DNA from: an uncultured delta proteobacterium
Lineage (GTDB): Bacteria > Myxococcota_A > Polyangia > Haliangiales > Haliangiaceae
NCBI GenBank assembly: GCA_963848295.1
Contig: CAWKDB010000011.1
Span: 32,001 to 96,000 of the forward strand
DNA: 64,000 nucleotides
Reading direction: 5' to 3'
The notes under the pieces are model-generated. The model was given only the letters and a program-made list of their open reading frames with translations, did not search any database and was not told the origin of the DNA. Shown in pieces: positions 11,771-21,257 of the stretch. How positions within the stretch are numbered: the first letter of the stretch is position 1; every line of letters starts with the position of its first letter. A program made the position numbers and the translations under genes.

Positions 11771-12450
11771 TACGACAAGGTATGCGCTTCGCCGCCGCCG
11801 CGCTGCCCGTGATCGTCGCCGCGTGCTGGACCGACGCGAAGCTACCGCCGCAGACTCCGATCGGCGCGGTCGAACCGACCGCGAAGCGCAAGATCGCCGA
11901 GCCACCCGCGGACGACAGCCCGCCACCTGTCGCGGAGATCACCGGCACCGACGACGGCATTTTTGATCTCGACGACACCAACATCTACGGCGGCCTCGTC
12001 GGCAACCTCAACGGCGGTGCGATCATCAGCGGCGGCACCGGCGCGACGGTGGCCGGCGGCGGCGCGGTGTTCGGCGGGGGCGGCGCCGGCCAGGGCTACG
12101 GGCTGTCGAACACGCAGCCCGGCGCCAAGCCGCTCGTGAAGCTCGGCGTCCCGATGATCTCCGGCCTGTACCTGCCCGAGGTCCTCCGCCGGTTCATCCA
12201 TCGCCAAGTCGCCGCGATGGAGTTTTGCTACGAGCAGCAGCTCGTCGTCATGCCGACGCTGAGCGGAACGATCACGCTGCGGTTCACGATCGGCGCCGAC
12301 GGCAAGATCGCCGGTGCCGCGGCCGACAGTCCGCCCGCGATGCACGTGCTCGCGCAGTGCGTGCAACGCCAGATCAGCGTGATCCAGCTGCCAAGCCCGA
12401 CCGCCGGCGCGGTGCAAGTCATCTATCCGGTCATGTTCTCCGCGCCCTAG
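11767..12450 (+). CDS. Lipoprotein with AgmX/PglI (TonB-C-like) C-terminal domain
   Basis: Lipobox-like VAAC, Gly-rich linker, CYEQQL..P.LSG.I.LRFTIG.DG...CV...F/LP.P..G.V...YP. Confidence 0.7.
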   Translation: MIRQGMRFAAAALPVIVAACWTDAKLPPQTPIGAVEPTAKRKIAEPPADDSPPPVAEITGTDDGIFDLDDTNIYGGLVGNLNGGAIISGGTGATVAGGGAVFGGGGAGQGYGLSNTQPGAKPLVKLGVPMISGLYLPEVLRRFIHRQVAAMEFCYEQQLVVMPTLSGTITLRFTIGADGKIAGAAADSPPAMHVLAQCVQRQISVIQLPSPTAGAVQVIYPVMFSAP

Positions 12451-13451
12451 CCGCGCGCGATCGCTTCGACGAGGCACGGCAAGCTCGCATCGTAGCGGTA
12501 CGCGATCGCCATGTGGCCGTCGTCGAACTCCTCGTGCCGCACGGCGAGCCCGTGGGCGCGCAGCTTGGTGACGAGCGCACGCGCCCCCCAATGCAGCGCG
12601 AACTCGTCGCTCGTCCCACAATCGATGTAGATCGCGGCGAGCCGGCGGAGGTTCGCCGCGTTCGCCTCGACCATGTTGACCGGATCGACCGCGCGCCAGC
12701 GATCCCAGACCGCCGCGCGAAACTCACCGGTCTCGAGATCGAACGGCCAGTCTATGTGCGCGTGGGCCGCCGGCGCCGCGGCGTTCGGCGAGTAGTGCGT
12801 CGCCATCCCGATCACGTTGAGCGGCTTCATGTGCCGCGTGCGATGGCGATTGTCGTCGGCCCAGTAGCGATCGAGCCATGCCGCTGGTCCACCGGCAGCG
12901 CGATACGCATCGAGTGCGGCGGGGAAGTCCGGGATGTAGCAGAGCTCGAACCCGGCATCGCCCGAGTGATCGGCGAGCGCGCAGAACACGTCGGGCCGGC
13001 GCATGCCGAGCACGATCGAGCCGTAGCCGCCCGACGACTTGCCGAACACGCCCCACCGGCCGCGCGGGACCGTCCGGTACGTCGCATCGACGAACGGAAT
13101 GATCTCGTCGACGAGGTAGTCTTCGTAGCAGCCGGTCCCCGCGCTGTTGAAGTACTGGTTGCCGCCGACGCGGGTAAAGCAGTCCGGCGCGGCGACGATG
13201 CACGGCGGGCACGCGCCGGCCGCGATCAACCGATCGAGGCGACGATCGAGCGGTTCGGCGAGCCGATCGACGTTGAACAGCGAGCCACCGGTTCCGGTGA
13301 AGCCGACGATCGCGAGCAGCGTCGGATAGCGCCGATGCGCGTCCCCATCGTAGCCCGGGGGCACGTAGACGTAGAGGTCGCGCTCGATCGGATCGCCGAG
13401 CGGGTTACCGACGAGCACCCGGCTCGTCAGGCGATGGCGAATAACGGGCAT
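12447..13451 (-). CDS. Alpha/beta-hydrolase esterase (enterochelin esterase-like)
   Basis: VYVPPGY, GKSSGG nucleophile elbow, DCGTSDE, FDDGH. Confidence 0.85.
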   Translation of the reverse strand: MPVIRHRLTSRVLVGNPLGDPIERDLYVYVPPGYDGDAHRRYPTLLAIVGFTGTGGSLFNVDRLAEPLDRRLDRLIAAGACPPCIVAAPDCFTRVGGNQYFNSAGTGCYEDYLVDEIIPFVDATYRTVPRGRWGVFGKSSGGYGSIVLGMRRPDVFCALADHSGDAGFELCYIPDFPAALDAYRAAGGPAAWLDRYWADDNRHRTRHMKPLNVIGMATHYSPNAAAPAAHAHIDWPFDLETGEFRAAVWDRWRAVDPVNMVEANAANLRRLAAIYIDCGTSDEFALHWGARALVTKLRAHGLAVRHEEFDDGHMAIAYRYDASLPCLVEAIARG

Positions 13452-13520
13452 GCCCCGAGCATCGCTTTTCGGGCCGCGCTTGCAATCGCCGGGCGTGTCG
13501 GTTACGAGATAGCCCCTACC

Positions 13521-13592
13521 GCCGCTGTAGCTCAGTGGTAGAGCAATGGTTTCGTAAACCATAGGTCCCCGGTTCAAACCCGGGCAGCGGCT
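13521..13592 (+). tRNA. tRNA-Thr(CGT)
   Basis: GCCGCTG/CAGCGGC acceptor stem, TAGCTCAGTGGTAGAGC D arm, ATGGT-TTCGTAA-ACCAT anticodon arm, GGTTCAAA T loop. Confidence 0.97.
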
Positions 13593-13683
13593 CGGAACAA
13601 GGTTGCTCGTGCGGCCGGCGACCTCGCATTAAGCTTCGATCGGGACGGGCCGCACTCGCGCAGCGCGATGTTACGGTGGCGCG

Positions 13684-14403
13684 ATGTGGCGGCAACTCGC
13701 GGTGGCAATCGCCTTCGTAGGTGTGACGTCCCCCACCGAATCGTTCGCGTACCGGCCGTTCGATCAGACCGACGCCGATACGGCCGAGGACCACACGATC
13801 GAGCTCGAGCTCGGGCCGCTCCGACTGGACCGCGGCCACGGCTACACCGAGTACGAGCCCGGCCTGGTGTTCAACTACGGATTCTCGCCAGGCTGGGAGC
13901 TCGTGGTCGAGGTCGATGACTTCTCGCCGCTCGTCCGCGGCGCCGACCCGTACGTCCAGGCGGACGTGCTCGTCAAATGCGTCGTGCGCTCGGGGAGTTT
14001 GCAAGACAAGGCAGGTCCGAGCGTCGCGATCGAGCTCGGGCCACTGCTGCCGACCGTGCCGCAGTTGTCCGACGAAGCCGGCTGGTCGACCGCGTTGATC
14101 GTGTCGCAGCGTTGGGCGCCCCTCACCGTGCACGTCAACGCGCAGGTCGAGTACACGCGCGACCGAACCGTCGAGCTCGTCGGCGGCGCGATCGTCGAGG
14201 GCCCTGATCGCTGGCGCGTTCGGCCGGTCGCCGAGGCGTACCTCGAACGAAACGAGGGTGTGAACCTCGAGTCGGGGTTGGTCGGCGCGATCTGGCGGGA
14301 GCGCAAGACGCTGTCGTTCGATGCCGCGGTGCGCGTGTTCCGCGAGAGCGGCGCGACCACCGGCGAATTGCGCGTCGGCGCGACGTGGGTGTTACCGACG
14401 TAG
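13684..14403 (+). CDS. Exported protein, probable outer-membrane beta-barrel
   Basis: Signal peptide, YRPFDQTDA start, alternating amphipathic strands, C-terminal RVGATW. Confidence 0.6.
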   Translation: MWRQLAVAIAFVGVTSPTESFAYRPFDQTDADTAEDHTIELELGPLRLDRGHGYTEYEPGLVFNYGFSPGWELVVEVDDFSPLVRGADPYVQADVLVKCVVRSGSLQDKAGPSVAIELGPLLPTVPQLSDEAGWSTALIVSQRWAPLTVHVNAQVEYTRDRTVELVGGAIVEGPDRWRVRPVAEAYLERNEGVNLESGLVGAIWRERKTLSFDAAVRVFRESGATTGELRVGATWVLPT

Positions 14404-14421
14404 CAGCCGCGCCCGCGGTCC

Positions 14422-14472
14422 TTCGTGACCCCAAGAGGAATCGAACCTCTGGCCTACGCTTTAGGAAAGCGC
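14422..14472. repeat. Left att site: duplicated 3' part of tRNA-Arg(CCT)
   Basis: TTCGTGACCCCAAGAGGAATCGAACCTCTGGCCTACGCTTTAGGAAAGCGC identical to 26101-26151. Confidence 0.97.
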
Positions 14473-14544
14473 GGGGCGCGCTCGTTCGGTTAGTTGCCAT
14501 GATATGGCACGGCATGTTTTCTCGACGGCGGCCGGTGGTTTATA

Positions 14545-14597
14545 GGTGACTAGACATGGCGTGATATGCGACGATTGGTGACTAGAATGGTGACTAA
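14545..14597 (+). promoter_or_regulatory. Putative integrase arm-type sites (TGGTGACTA repeats)
   Basis: GGTGACTAG 14545, TGGTGACTAG 14576, TGGTGACTAA 14588; same motif twice at the other end. Confidence 0.7.
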
Positions 14598-14618
14598 TCA
14601 CCGCCATCGGAGGTCGCC

Positions 14619-15959
14619 ATGAAGCGAAGGTTCAACGAGAAGTCGGTCGCCGCTCTCGCGCTGCCGCCGGGCAAGGCGCAGCTCGTCGTCTGGGACACCG
14701 AGGTCACCGGGTTTGGCCTCGTGATCGGCAAGGAAACGCGGACGTTCATCGCCGAAGACCGCATCGACGGCGTGAAGGTCCGCCGCAAGGTCGGGACACT
14801 CGGCCGCGTTCGCGACGACGGGTTGCCGTGGAGCGTCCAGCTCGCCCGAGAGCGCGCAAAGGAGCTGCTCGGCGGCATGGCGGGCGGCATGGCGCCGAAC
14901 GGCCTACGCACGCGCGCAGGCGGCCCGACGCTGCGCGAGGCGCTCGACTTCCACGTCTCCAAGATGGAGCGAGGCGAGAACCGCCGCGGTAAGGTTTGCT
15001 CCCCTCGATCGATCGCTACGCTGCGCGGGTGCGTCGAGCTCCATCTCGCTGACTACCTCGGTCGGCCCCTTCTCGGCCTCACTGCCGATGTGCTCGACGA
15101 CATTCGCATGGCGATCGAGCGAGAAGCCGAGCGGATGGGCGGATCGAATCCGGCGAACCCGCCGGGACGTGCGACGTCGAATCGCATTCTCGCCAACGTG
15201 TCGGCGATCTGGCGCTCGTGGCATCGACGGCATGGGCTTCCGGCATCAAACCCCACCGAGCGGTTGATCGCCGGCGCGCTCAAGCCGCGCAACAACCGGA
15301 TCGCGAATAGCGCCCTACCCGCGTGGCACGCGAAGGTGCTCGCGATGAAGAACCACGTCCGTCGCGACCTGCAGCTCGTCGCGCTGTTCACCGGCGTGCG
15401 AACCGACGGCGTGCGCAACCTGCGATGGGACGATATCAACTTCGACGAAGATCAGCTCCACGTCGCGCGAGCGAAGGGCGACCGACCGTACACACTGCCG
15501 TTGGTCGGAACCGTGCGCGCAATCCTCGAAGCGCGGCGTAAGGAGAACGCGAAGAAATTCAAGGAAGACGGTGGCGACCGCGGGTTCGTTTTCCCGACGT
15601 GGGCGCGTGACGGTAAGAAGGTGATCGCGACGGCCGAGGCGAAAGAGCGCTGTAATGTCCTCGACGCGCGCGGGAACCCGAAGCGCACCGAAGACGGCGA
15701 CTACGTGCGCGAGACGTACCTGCCGGGGATCCAGGCGACGCGTAAGACGTTCAACAGCGTGGCGATCGAGATTGGCGTACCGCTCGAAGCGCGTGAGGCG
15801 CTGATGAATCACGAGGGTCACGGCGTGAACGTGAAATCGTACGGCTTCCCGCAGAACTGGGACTACCTCGCCGAGCAAGCCGCTTTGATCGAGGCCGCGC
15901 TCTGGAAGCGGTTGAAGGCGGACCCGAAGGCGAAGCGCGCGAAGCTGCGTGCGGTATGA
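14619..15959 (+). CDS. int: Tyrosine recombinase/integrase with N-terminal arm-binding domain
   Basis: WDTEVTGFGL..GK..RTF arm domain; LFTGVR, AKGD, ATRKTF, LMNH, Y; SD GGAGG at 14609; adjacent to att. Confidence 0.92.
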   Translation: MKRRFNEKSVAALALPPGKAQLVVWDTEVTGFGLVIGKETRTFIAEDRIDGVKVRRKVGTLGRVRDDGLPWSVQLARERAKELLGGMAGGMAPNGLRTRAGGPTLREALDFHVSKMERGENRRGKVCSPRSIATLRGCVELHLADYLGRPLLGLTADVLDDIRMAIEREAERMGGSNPANPPGRATSNRILANVSAIWRSWHRRHGLPASNPTERLIAGALKPRNNRIANSALPAWHAKVLAMKNHVRRDLQLVALFTGVRTDGVRNLRWDDINFDEDQLHVARAKGDRPYTLPLVGTVRAILEARRKENAKKFKEDGGDRGFVFPTWARDGKKVIATAEAKERCNVLDARGNPKRTEDGDYVRETYLPGIQATRKTFNSVAIEIGVPLEAREALMNHEGHGVNVKSYGFPQNWDYLAEQAALIEAALWKRLKADPKAKRAKLRAV

Positions 15960-15978
15960 GCACATACCGCATCATGTC

Positions 15979-16006
15979 TTGACATATCGTCAATCCTTGT
16001 TAAGAT
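15979..16006 (+). promoter_or_regulatory. Sigma70-type promoter with palindromic operator for TA operon
   Basis: TTGACA-16 nt-TAAGAT with extended TG; inverted repeat TTGAC-N5-GTCAA (15979-15993) overlaps -35. Confidence 0.7.
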
Positions 16007-16016
16007 GGACTCGACG

Positions 16017-16298
16017 ATGAGGGAGCCGCTCCCACCGAGTACGGTCAAGCGGCTGCTCGTCGCCATCCTGGCGGGGGGCATACTCGCGTTCACGAAACAT
16101 GCGTACGAGGAGATGGCAAAGGACAACCTGACGGAGATCGACGTGCGCAACACGCTACGCGCCGGCACGGCGAGTCCGGGCGAGCTCGAGCGAGGCACCT
16201 ACCGCTACCGCGTCAGGACGTCGCGCATGGCCGCCGTCGTCGCGTTCCGGTCGGAGTCACATGCGGTCGTCGTCACGGCGTGGAGATTCAAGAGCTAG
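16017..16298 (+). CDS. DUF4258-family putative RNase toxin
   Basis: FTKHAYEEM..DNL...DV.N.L..G, YRYRV, VVVTAWR; precedes MqsA-like gene (alternative start 16005). Confidence 0.75.
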   Translation: MREPLPPSTVKRLLVAILAGGILAFTKHAYEEMAKDNLTEIDVRNTLRAGTASPGELERGTYRYRVRTSRMAAVVAFRSESHAVVVTAWRFKS

Positions 16299-16336
16299 AT
16301 CCCAAACAGCGGACGTAACCCGCGGAGGGAAACAAG

Positions 16337-16882
16337 ATGAAGTGCTTGCCGTGCGGTCACGCGATGACCACCAAACGAGAGAACGTGCCGTACACGGCCC
16401 TTCCGGGGGCCGTGCTGGTCGGCGTGCCTGTGAGCCGTTGCCCGAGCTGCGGCGAGTACGAGGTTGCCATCCCGGCGATCGACGAATTGAACCGCGTGCT
16501 CGCTGCCGCGGTGGTACGCAAGCCGACGCGACTGAGTGGCGGTGAGGTTCGTTTTCTGCGTACGTACCTCGGCTATTCGGGCGCGGACTTCGCCAAGTTG
16601 ATCGGCAGCGATCCGGCCACGGTCTCGCGATGGGAAGGCGACAAACAGCCGCTCGGCCATCACACTGATCTGCTCTTGCGCGCGCTCGTGGTGCTCGACA
16701 AGAAGGTCGACCAATACCCGATTACCAAATTCGCCGAGATCGGCGACGCCGCGGCCGCCACGCTGCGCTACGCGTTCAAGCCCGCGGCTAAGAAGTGGAA
16801 GCCGACGGAATTGCTCGGCCGCGTGAGCAGGCCGTTGTTAGCACTCGCGCCCGATCCCGCCGCTGTCAGGGTGTTGCGGTAG
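16337..16882 (+). CDS. MqsA/YgiT-type zinc-finger + XRE-HTH antitoxin
   Basis: CxxCG...CxxCGE then EVRFLRTYLGYS..DFAKLIG....TVSRWE. Confidence 0.88.
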   Translation: MKCLPCGHAMTTKRENVPYTALPGAVLVGVPVSRCPSCGEYEVAIPAIDELNRVLAAAVVRKPTRLSGGEVRFLRTYLGYSGADFAKLIGSDPATVSRWEGDKQPLGHHTDLLLRALVVLDKKVDQYPITKFAEIGDAAAATLRYAFKPAAKKWKPTELLGRVSRPLLALAPDPAAVRVLR

Positions 16883-16998
16883 GGTCTTCGTGTCGCACTC
16901 GGAGGTCTGATCCACCGACGAGCCGGTTCCAACTACCTCGCTGGGCCGGGCGCGGCACCCTTTCAAGGGTCGAGCGCCGAGGGTGAAGCGAGGCACCT

Positions 16999-17637
16999 TT
17001 GGCAGTTCTGAGACCGCCCGAACGACCCGACGCACGACAACCGATCGCTAACAGGCGAAGCGCGACGATCGAGACGCGGCATTGGTGGGACAAGTTCACG
17101 ATGGAGTGGGCGTGGCTCGCAGTGCTGCCAATGGCACAACGACTCGTCGACGAGCGCGCGCGGCACATTCGCGTGTGGAACTATCGCAACGAGCTCGCGG
17201 ACGCGTGCAACGCTGTCGCCGCGTTTCATGGTGACGCCGCGATCCGCGAGCCAGTATTCGTCGAGCTTCATCGCGAATTCCTCAAGGCGGATGCGGAGGC
17301 TGCCCCGTACACGGCGAAGCACTCTGGGCTCGAGACATTTCGCGAGCGAGCGTTCGACGAAGACGACACCGTCGAGAAAGCAGCGCGCACGTTGCTCGCC
17401 CAGCACGGCTTTAGCCCAGCGCGGCTTAGGCGTGGTGCCGAGCGCGACAAGACCGCAGAGCGGCACTCCGTGGCCCTGCGCGAGAAATACGAGGACGAGC
17501 GCGCCGTATGGCAGGGACTTCTTGGTGAGGTGACAGCCGGTCGGCGCTACAACGCGGGCGGCGTCCCATTGACGTCAGCACGAATCGAAAAAATGATCGT
17601 CGCGCTCGATGCAAAGCTAAACGCGCTGCCTGCCTAA
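16999..17637 (+). CDS. Hypothetical protein (element cargo; start may be 17101)
   Basis: Open frame with normal amino-acid composition between TA pair and alpA-like gene; no motif recognised. Confidence 0.55.
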   Translation: MAVLRPPERPDARQPIANRRSATIETRHWWDKFTMEWAWLAVLPMAQRLVDERARHIRVWNYRNELADACNAVAAFHGDAAIREPVFVELHREFLKADAEAAPYTAKHSGLETFRERAFDEDDTVEKAARTLLAQHGFSPARLRRGAERDKTAERHSVALREKYEDERAVWQGLLGEVTAGRRYNAGGVPLTSARIEKMIVALDAKLNALPA

Positions 17638-17721
17638 TCAAAAAGGCGGATAGCGAACCGGGGACAGATCTCGATCCTCGCTGTCCGTAGTTCGGATCAC
17701 GCGACTGCCCGACAAAAGGGC

Positions 17722-17952
17722 ATGTCCAAGCGTCAGACCGACGAAGAACCAACGCCGCTAGACCTCGAGCGAGCGGTCGACATCCATGAGGTGTCGGAGC
17801 TGCTCGGTCTCGCCGAGATCACGATCCGGCAACAGCACGCGCGCGGCGTGGGGCCGCGGGCATTCCGCATCGGCCGCGCGATCCGGTGGCGCCTTGCCGA
17901 CGTCCTCGCTTTCCGCGACGCGCGCATGGTCGGAAAGCGAGTGGCGCCGTGA
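17722..17952 (+). CDS. AlpA/excisionase-like HTH protein
   Basis: VDIHEVSELLGLAEITI......GPRAFRIGRAIRWRLADV. Confidence 0.85.
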   Translation: MSKRQTDEEPTPLDLERAVDIHEVSELLGLAEITIRQQHARGVGPRAFRIGRAIRWRLADVLAFRDARMVGKRVAP

Positions 17953-18158
17953 CCTCGCTCGGTCCGCTCGCGACGATGCTGATCGAGCGTTTGCGTTGCG
18001 CGCTTGCGCTCGTCGACGATCTTGATCCCGCCGAGCAAGATGCGGTGATCGGTGCGCTCGTCAGCGATCTGCGCGCTCGTCGCCCGGTTGCCGTCGCGCC
18101 GCTCGGGGTTCTTCCACCGCCGACGGATCCGATTCGAGACCCGCGAGGTGTGCGATGA
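17949..18158 (+). CDS. Small hypothetical protein
   Basis: GTGA and ATGA overlaps with both neighbours suggest translational coupling. Confidence 0.55.
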   Translation: MTSLGPLATMLIERLRCALALVDDLDPAEQDAVIGALVSDLRARRPVAVAPLGVLPPPTDPIRDPRGVR

Positions 18159-18631
18159 GCAACGACGACGATATCCCGTGGCCGACGCACACCGAGGTCG
18201 ACGAGATCAGTCGCCGCAACGTCGCCGAGGCGGTCGCCGAGGCGGAGCAAGAGCGAGCCGAGTTGATCGACGACGATATGGCCGAGCTGTCGATCGCCGT
18301 CGCCGCGCTCAAGGAGCTGCGCGAGATGGACATGTCGGCGTTTGCGCCGGAAACGCTTGTCGCGATCCTCAAACTCGCTCAAGAGACAATCGATGTCGCC
18401 GGTAGCGTGCGCCTCGATGGGCTGCGAGGACTCGGTGGGTGCCTCGAAGATCTGACACCACGCGAGATGTCTCGCCTCGACGTCTCGAGGCGAGACGAAT
18501 CGACGGCGCGTCAGATGGCCGAGATGCCCGATGATCTCTACGAGCAGGTCAAGACGGGCGCGATGAAGCCGCGCCGCGCACAGCAACTCATCAACCGCGC
18601 TCGCATCCGCGCGATGTACGGGACGCCGTGA
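18155..18631 (+). CDS. Hypothetical acidic helical protein
   Basis: SD GAGG upstream, overlapping start/stop with neighbours. Confidence 0.6.
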   Translation: MSNDDDIPWPTHTEVDEISRRNVAEAVAEAEQERAELIDDDMAELSIAVAALKELREMDMSAFAPETLVAILKLAQETIDVAGSVRLDGLRGLGGCLEDLTPREMSRLDVSRRDESTARQMAEMPDDLYEQVKTGAMKPRRAQQLINRARIRAMYGTP

Positions 18632-19683
18632 CCATCAACGTCGACGCCATCCGCGCGGCGCTCGCGCCGATCGCGATCTTCGAGTCGCAAGGCGTCGACG
18701 TTCTCGATCGCGGCGCTGAGCTGCGCACGAACCTCTGTCCGATCTGCGGCGAGCGTTCGCGCCGCGCGGTCAAGGTGAACACTGAAACCGGCGCGTGGAA
18801 GGATCACGCGAAGGGTTGCAAGGGCGACATCTTCCGGTTGCTCGCGGGCTACGCCGGGCTCGACGTTGCTCGCGAGTATCCGCGCGTCCTCGAGCTTGCG
18901 GCGCAGATCGCCGGCATCGCGAATATCACCAGCCCTGAGATCGAGAAGCTCGTTGCCGAGCGGCGTCGCACGTCCGCCGAGCGGCGTGAACGCAACGAAG
19001 TCGCGCGTGCCGCAGCTCGAGCTCGCATGCCCGGGGTCTGGGCCTCGCTCGCGACCCGTCACGCCGGCGGCGAGGCGTACCTGCGCGACGATCGCGGCAT
19101 CAACCCTGCGACGTTGCGCGATCACGGCGACGTCGTGCGGTACTCGTCGCGCGGCGAGCCCGCGGTAGCGCTTCGCGACCTCGAGAGCGGCGACGTCGTC
19201 GGCGTGCAGTACCGCCGCGTGCTGCCCGGCGATCCGAAGACCCCAGCTGAGACCGGCTCCCAGTTCGCCGGCTCGTGTCTCTACGGGCGGATCGCCGACC
19301 TCGATCCGGACGGCGTCGACGTTGCGGTTGTCGTCGAAGGTCTCGCCGACACGCTCGCGGCGCGGCTGGCGTTCCCGGGCTGCGCGATCTTCGGCGCGCC
19401 TGGTGCTGGCCAGCTCGAGACGGTTACGGCGGCGGTTGCCGCGCGCGTCGCCGAGTGTCGCGGTTGGCTGCTGATCGTGCCGGACGACGACGACGCAGGC
19501 GCGGACCACACAGCGGCGGCGATCGTCGCCGCGCGAGACGCTGGCCTCACTCTCGCTGCCGACAACGCCGGACTCGAAGGCGCATCGACGGTTCGACTCG
19601 TCGACCTCGGCGAGCACCACGATCTTGCCGATGCATGGCGCCATCCCGGTTGGTGCTGGCAGTGGCCACGGAGAACGACATGA
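18628..19683 (+). CDS. Primase (Zn-binding domain + Toprim)
   Basis: CPIC...WKDHAKGC.GD Zn-finger-like; VVVEGLAD, PDDDDAG, DLAD Toprim motifs. Confidence 0.8.
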   Translation: MTINVDAIRAALAPIAIFESQGVDVLDRGAELRTNLCPICGERSRRAVKVNTETGAWKDHAKGCKGDIFRLLAGYAGLDVAREYPRVLELAAQIAGIANITSPEIEKLVAERRRTSAERRERNEVARAAARARMPGVWASLATRHAGGEAYLRDDRGINPATLRDHGDVVRYSSRGEPAVALRDLESGDVVGVQYRRVLPGDPKTPAETGSQFAGSCLYGRIADLDPDGVDVAVVVEGLADTLAARLAFPGCAIFGAPGAGQLETVTAAVAARVAECRGWLLIVPDDDDAGADHTAAAIVAARDAGLTLAADNAGLEGASTVRLVDLGEHHDLADAWRHPGWCWQWPRRTT

Positions 19684-20999
19684 GTGGAGCGAAGCGATCG
19701 CGTGCGCGTCTCGAAGTCATCGAGGCCGACGACCGGCCGACGATCACGCCTCAGCAACGCGACGAGGACTTCCGACGCGACGACAAAGGGCGGATCTACA
19801 CGACGCAAGCCAACATCGCGCTTGCGATGAGAAAGCTCGGTGTGACCGTTCGCTACGATCGGTTCGCCGGCCACGAGCTCGTCGCTGGTCTGCCGGGATT
19901 CGGACCGCGCCTCGACGACGCCGCGATGAACCGACTGCGCCTCGCGATCGACTCCGAATTCACGTTTCGGATCACAAAGGATTTCTTCTACGACGTGGTC
20001 TCTGATCGCGCGCGGCAGAATTCATTTCACCCCGTCGTCGAATACCTCGCCGCTCGCACGTGGGACAAGGTCGAGCGGATCTCCACATGGCTTAGCGACT
20101 ACGCCAGCGCCGAGAATTCGCCTTACGTGCGCGCAGTGTCGCGACTGAGTCTCGTCGCAGCCGCGCGGCGCGTGCGTGACCCAGGCTGCAAATTCGACGA
20201 GATGCTCGTGCTCGAGTCGGCGCAGGGTACGAACAAGTCGACCGCGCTGCGCACGCTCGCGGTGCGTGACGAGTGGTTCGTCGACGATCTCCCGCTCGGC
20301 GCCGACACGAAACGGCTCATGGAGGCGACCGCCGGCCGCTGGATCGTCGAAGCCGGCGAACTCAAGGGCATGAGCAAAGGCGATGTCGCGACGCTCAAGG
20401 CGTACCTGTCGCGCCAGACCGATCAAGCTCGGCTTTCATACGGTCGCAAAGAAACGATCGCGCCACGGCAATTCGTCATCATTGGCACGACGAACGAGAC
20501 CGAGGGCTACCTCAAAGACTCGACCGGCAACCGTCGATTCTGGCCAATCCGCGTCAAAGCGTTCGACCTCGACAAGTTACGGCGCGACCGCGATCAACTC
20601 TGGGCTGAGGCTGCGAAGGCCGAAGCCGACGGCGAGAGTATCCGGCTCGATCCGGCGCTGTATCAGCATGCCGAGGTCGAGCAAGACGCGCGGCGCGCCG
20701 ATGACCCGATGGTGATCTTGCTGAGCGAGCACCTCGGCGACGTGTGCGGCAAGTTGCGGACGCTCGATGCCTGGAAGGTTATCGGCGTCGAGCCCGGCAA
20801 GGCGACGCAAGATCAGAACGTCCGCCTCGGCGCAGCCATGCGCGAGCTCGGGTGGGAACGCAAGCAACGGCGGTTCAACGGCGGCGTGGAGTGGGCCTAC
20901 GTCCGAGGATCGGACGCCGAGCGCGAAGTACCGATCGAGGTTGAAGTCGAAATCGGCTTCGACAAGCAACAGCGAGTGAAGGTGCGCCGCCATGCGTAA
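19680..20999 (+). CDS. VapE (virulence-associated E) family P-loop ATPase/helicase
   Basis: FHPV..YL, PGCKFDEMLVLESAQGTNKST, WIVEAGEL, R.SYGR, GTTN..GYLKDSTGNRRFWPI. Confidence 0.9.
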   Translation: MSGAKRSRARLEVIEADDRPTITPQQRDEDFRRDDKGRIYTTQANIALAMRKLGVTVRYDRFAGHELVAGLPGFGPRLDDAAMNRLRLAIDSEFTFRITKDFFYDVVSDRARQNSFHPVVEYLAARTWDKVERISTWLSDYASAENSPYVRAVSRLSLVAAARRVRDPGCKFDEMLVLESAQGTNKSTALRTLAVRDEWFVDDLPLGADTKRLMEATAGRWIVEAGELKGMSKGDVATLKAYLSRQTDQARLSYGRKETIAPRQFVIIGTTNETEGYLKDSTGNRRFWPIRVKAFDLDKLRRDRDQLWAEAAKAEADGESIRLDPALYQHAEVEQDARRADDPMVILLSEHLGDVCGKLRTLDAWKVIGVEPGKATQDQNVRLGAAMRELGWERKQRRFNGGVEWAYVRGSDAEREVPIEVEVEIGFDKQQRVKVRRHA

Positions 21000-21175
21000 C
21001 CCCGTAACCCCCGTCAAGGGCCGTCACCCCTATCTCTACGAGTGCCCGCGAGCGGTTCTTAGCAGCTGCTATTTCTTTCTTTCTAAAAAAGGGGAGTTAC
21101 GGGGATTACGGAGCGGATCGTCGACGGGGAACGCCGTAACCAGCGGGGGTACGGCGCCCGGGTACGGGGATTACG
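20995..21175. repeat. Putative replication origin: inverted CGTAAC/GTTACG-like iterons around an AT-rich core
   Basis: CGTAACCC x2 (20995, 21003), AT tract 21070-21090, GTTACG/ATTACG/GTACGG copies 21096-21175. Confidence 0.7.
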
Positions 21176-21257
21176 CCGGATACCTCACAGCAGCAGAGCA
21201 GCAGGACCGCGGTGTAAATCGACCCGCCCAGCCGTCGCCCTCAAGCTGCAAAGCTGT

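Noticed and set aside
14422..14472. Second tRNA-Arg gene
   Set aside because: Only the 3' part is present; no D arm or 5' acceptor strand. It is the att duplication.
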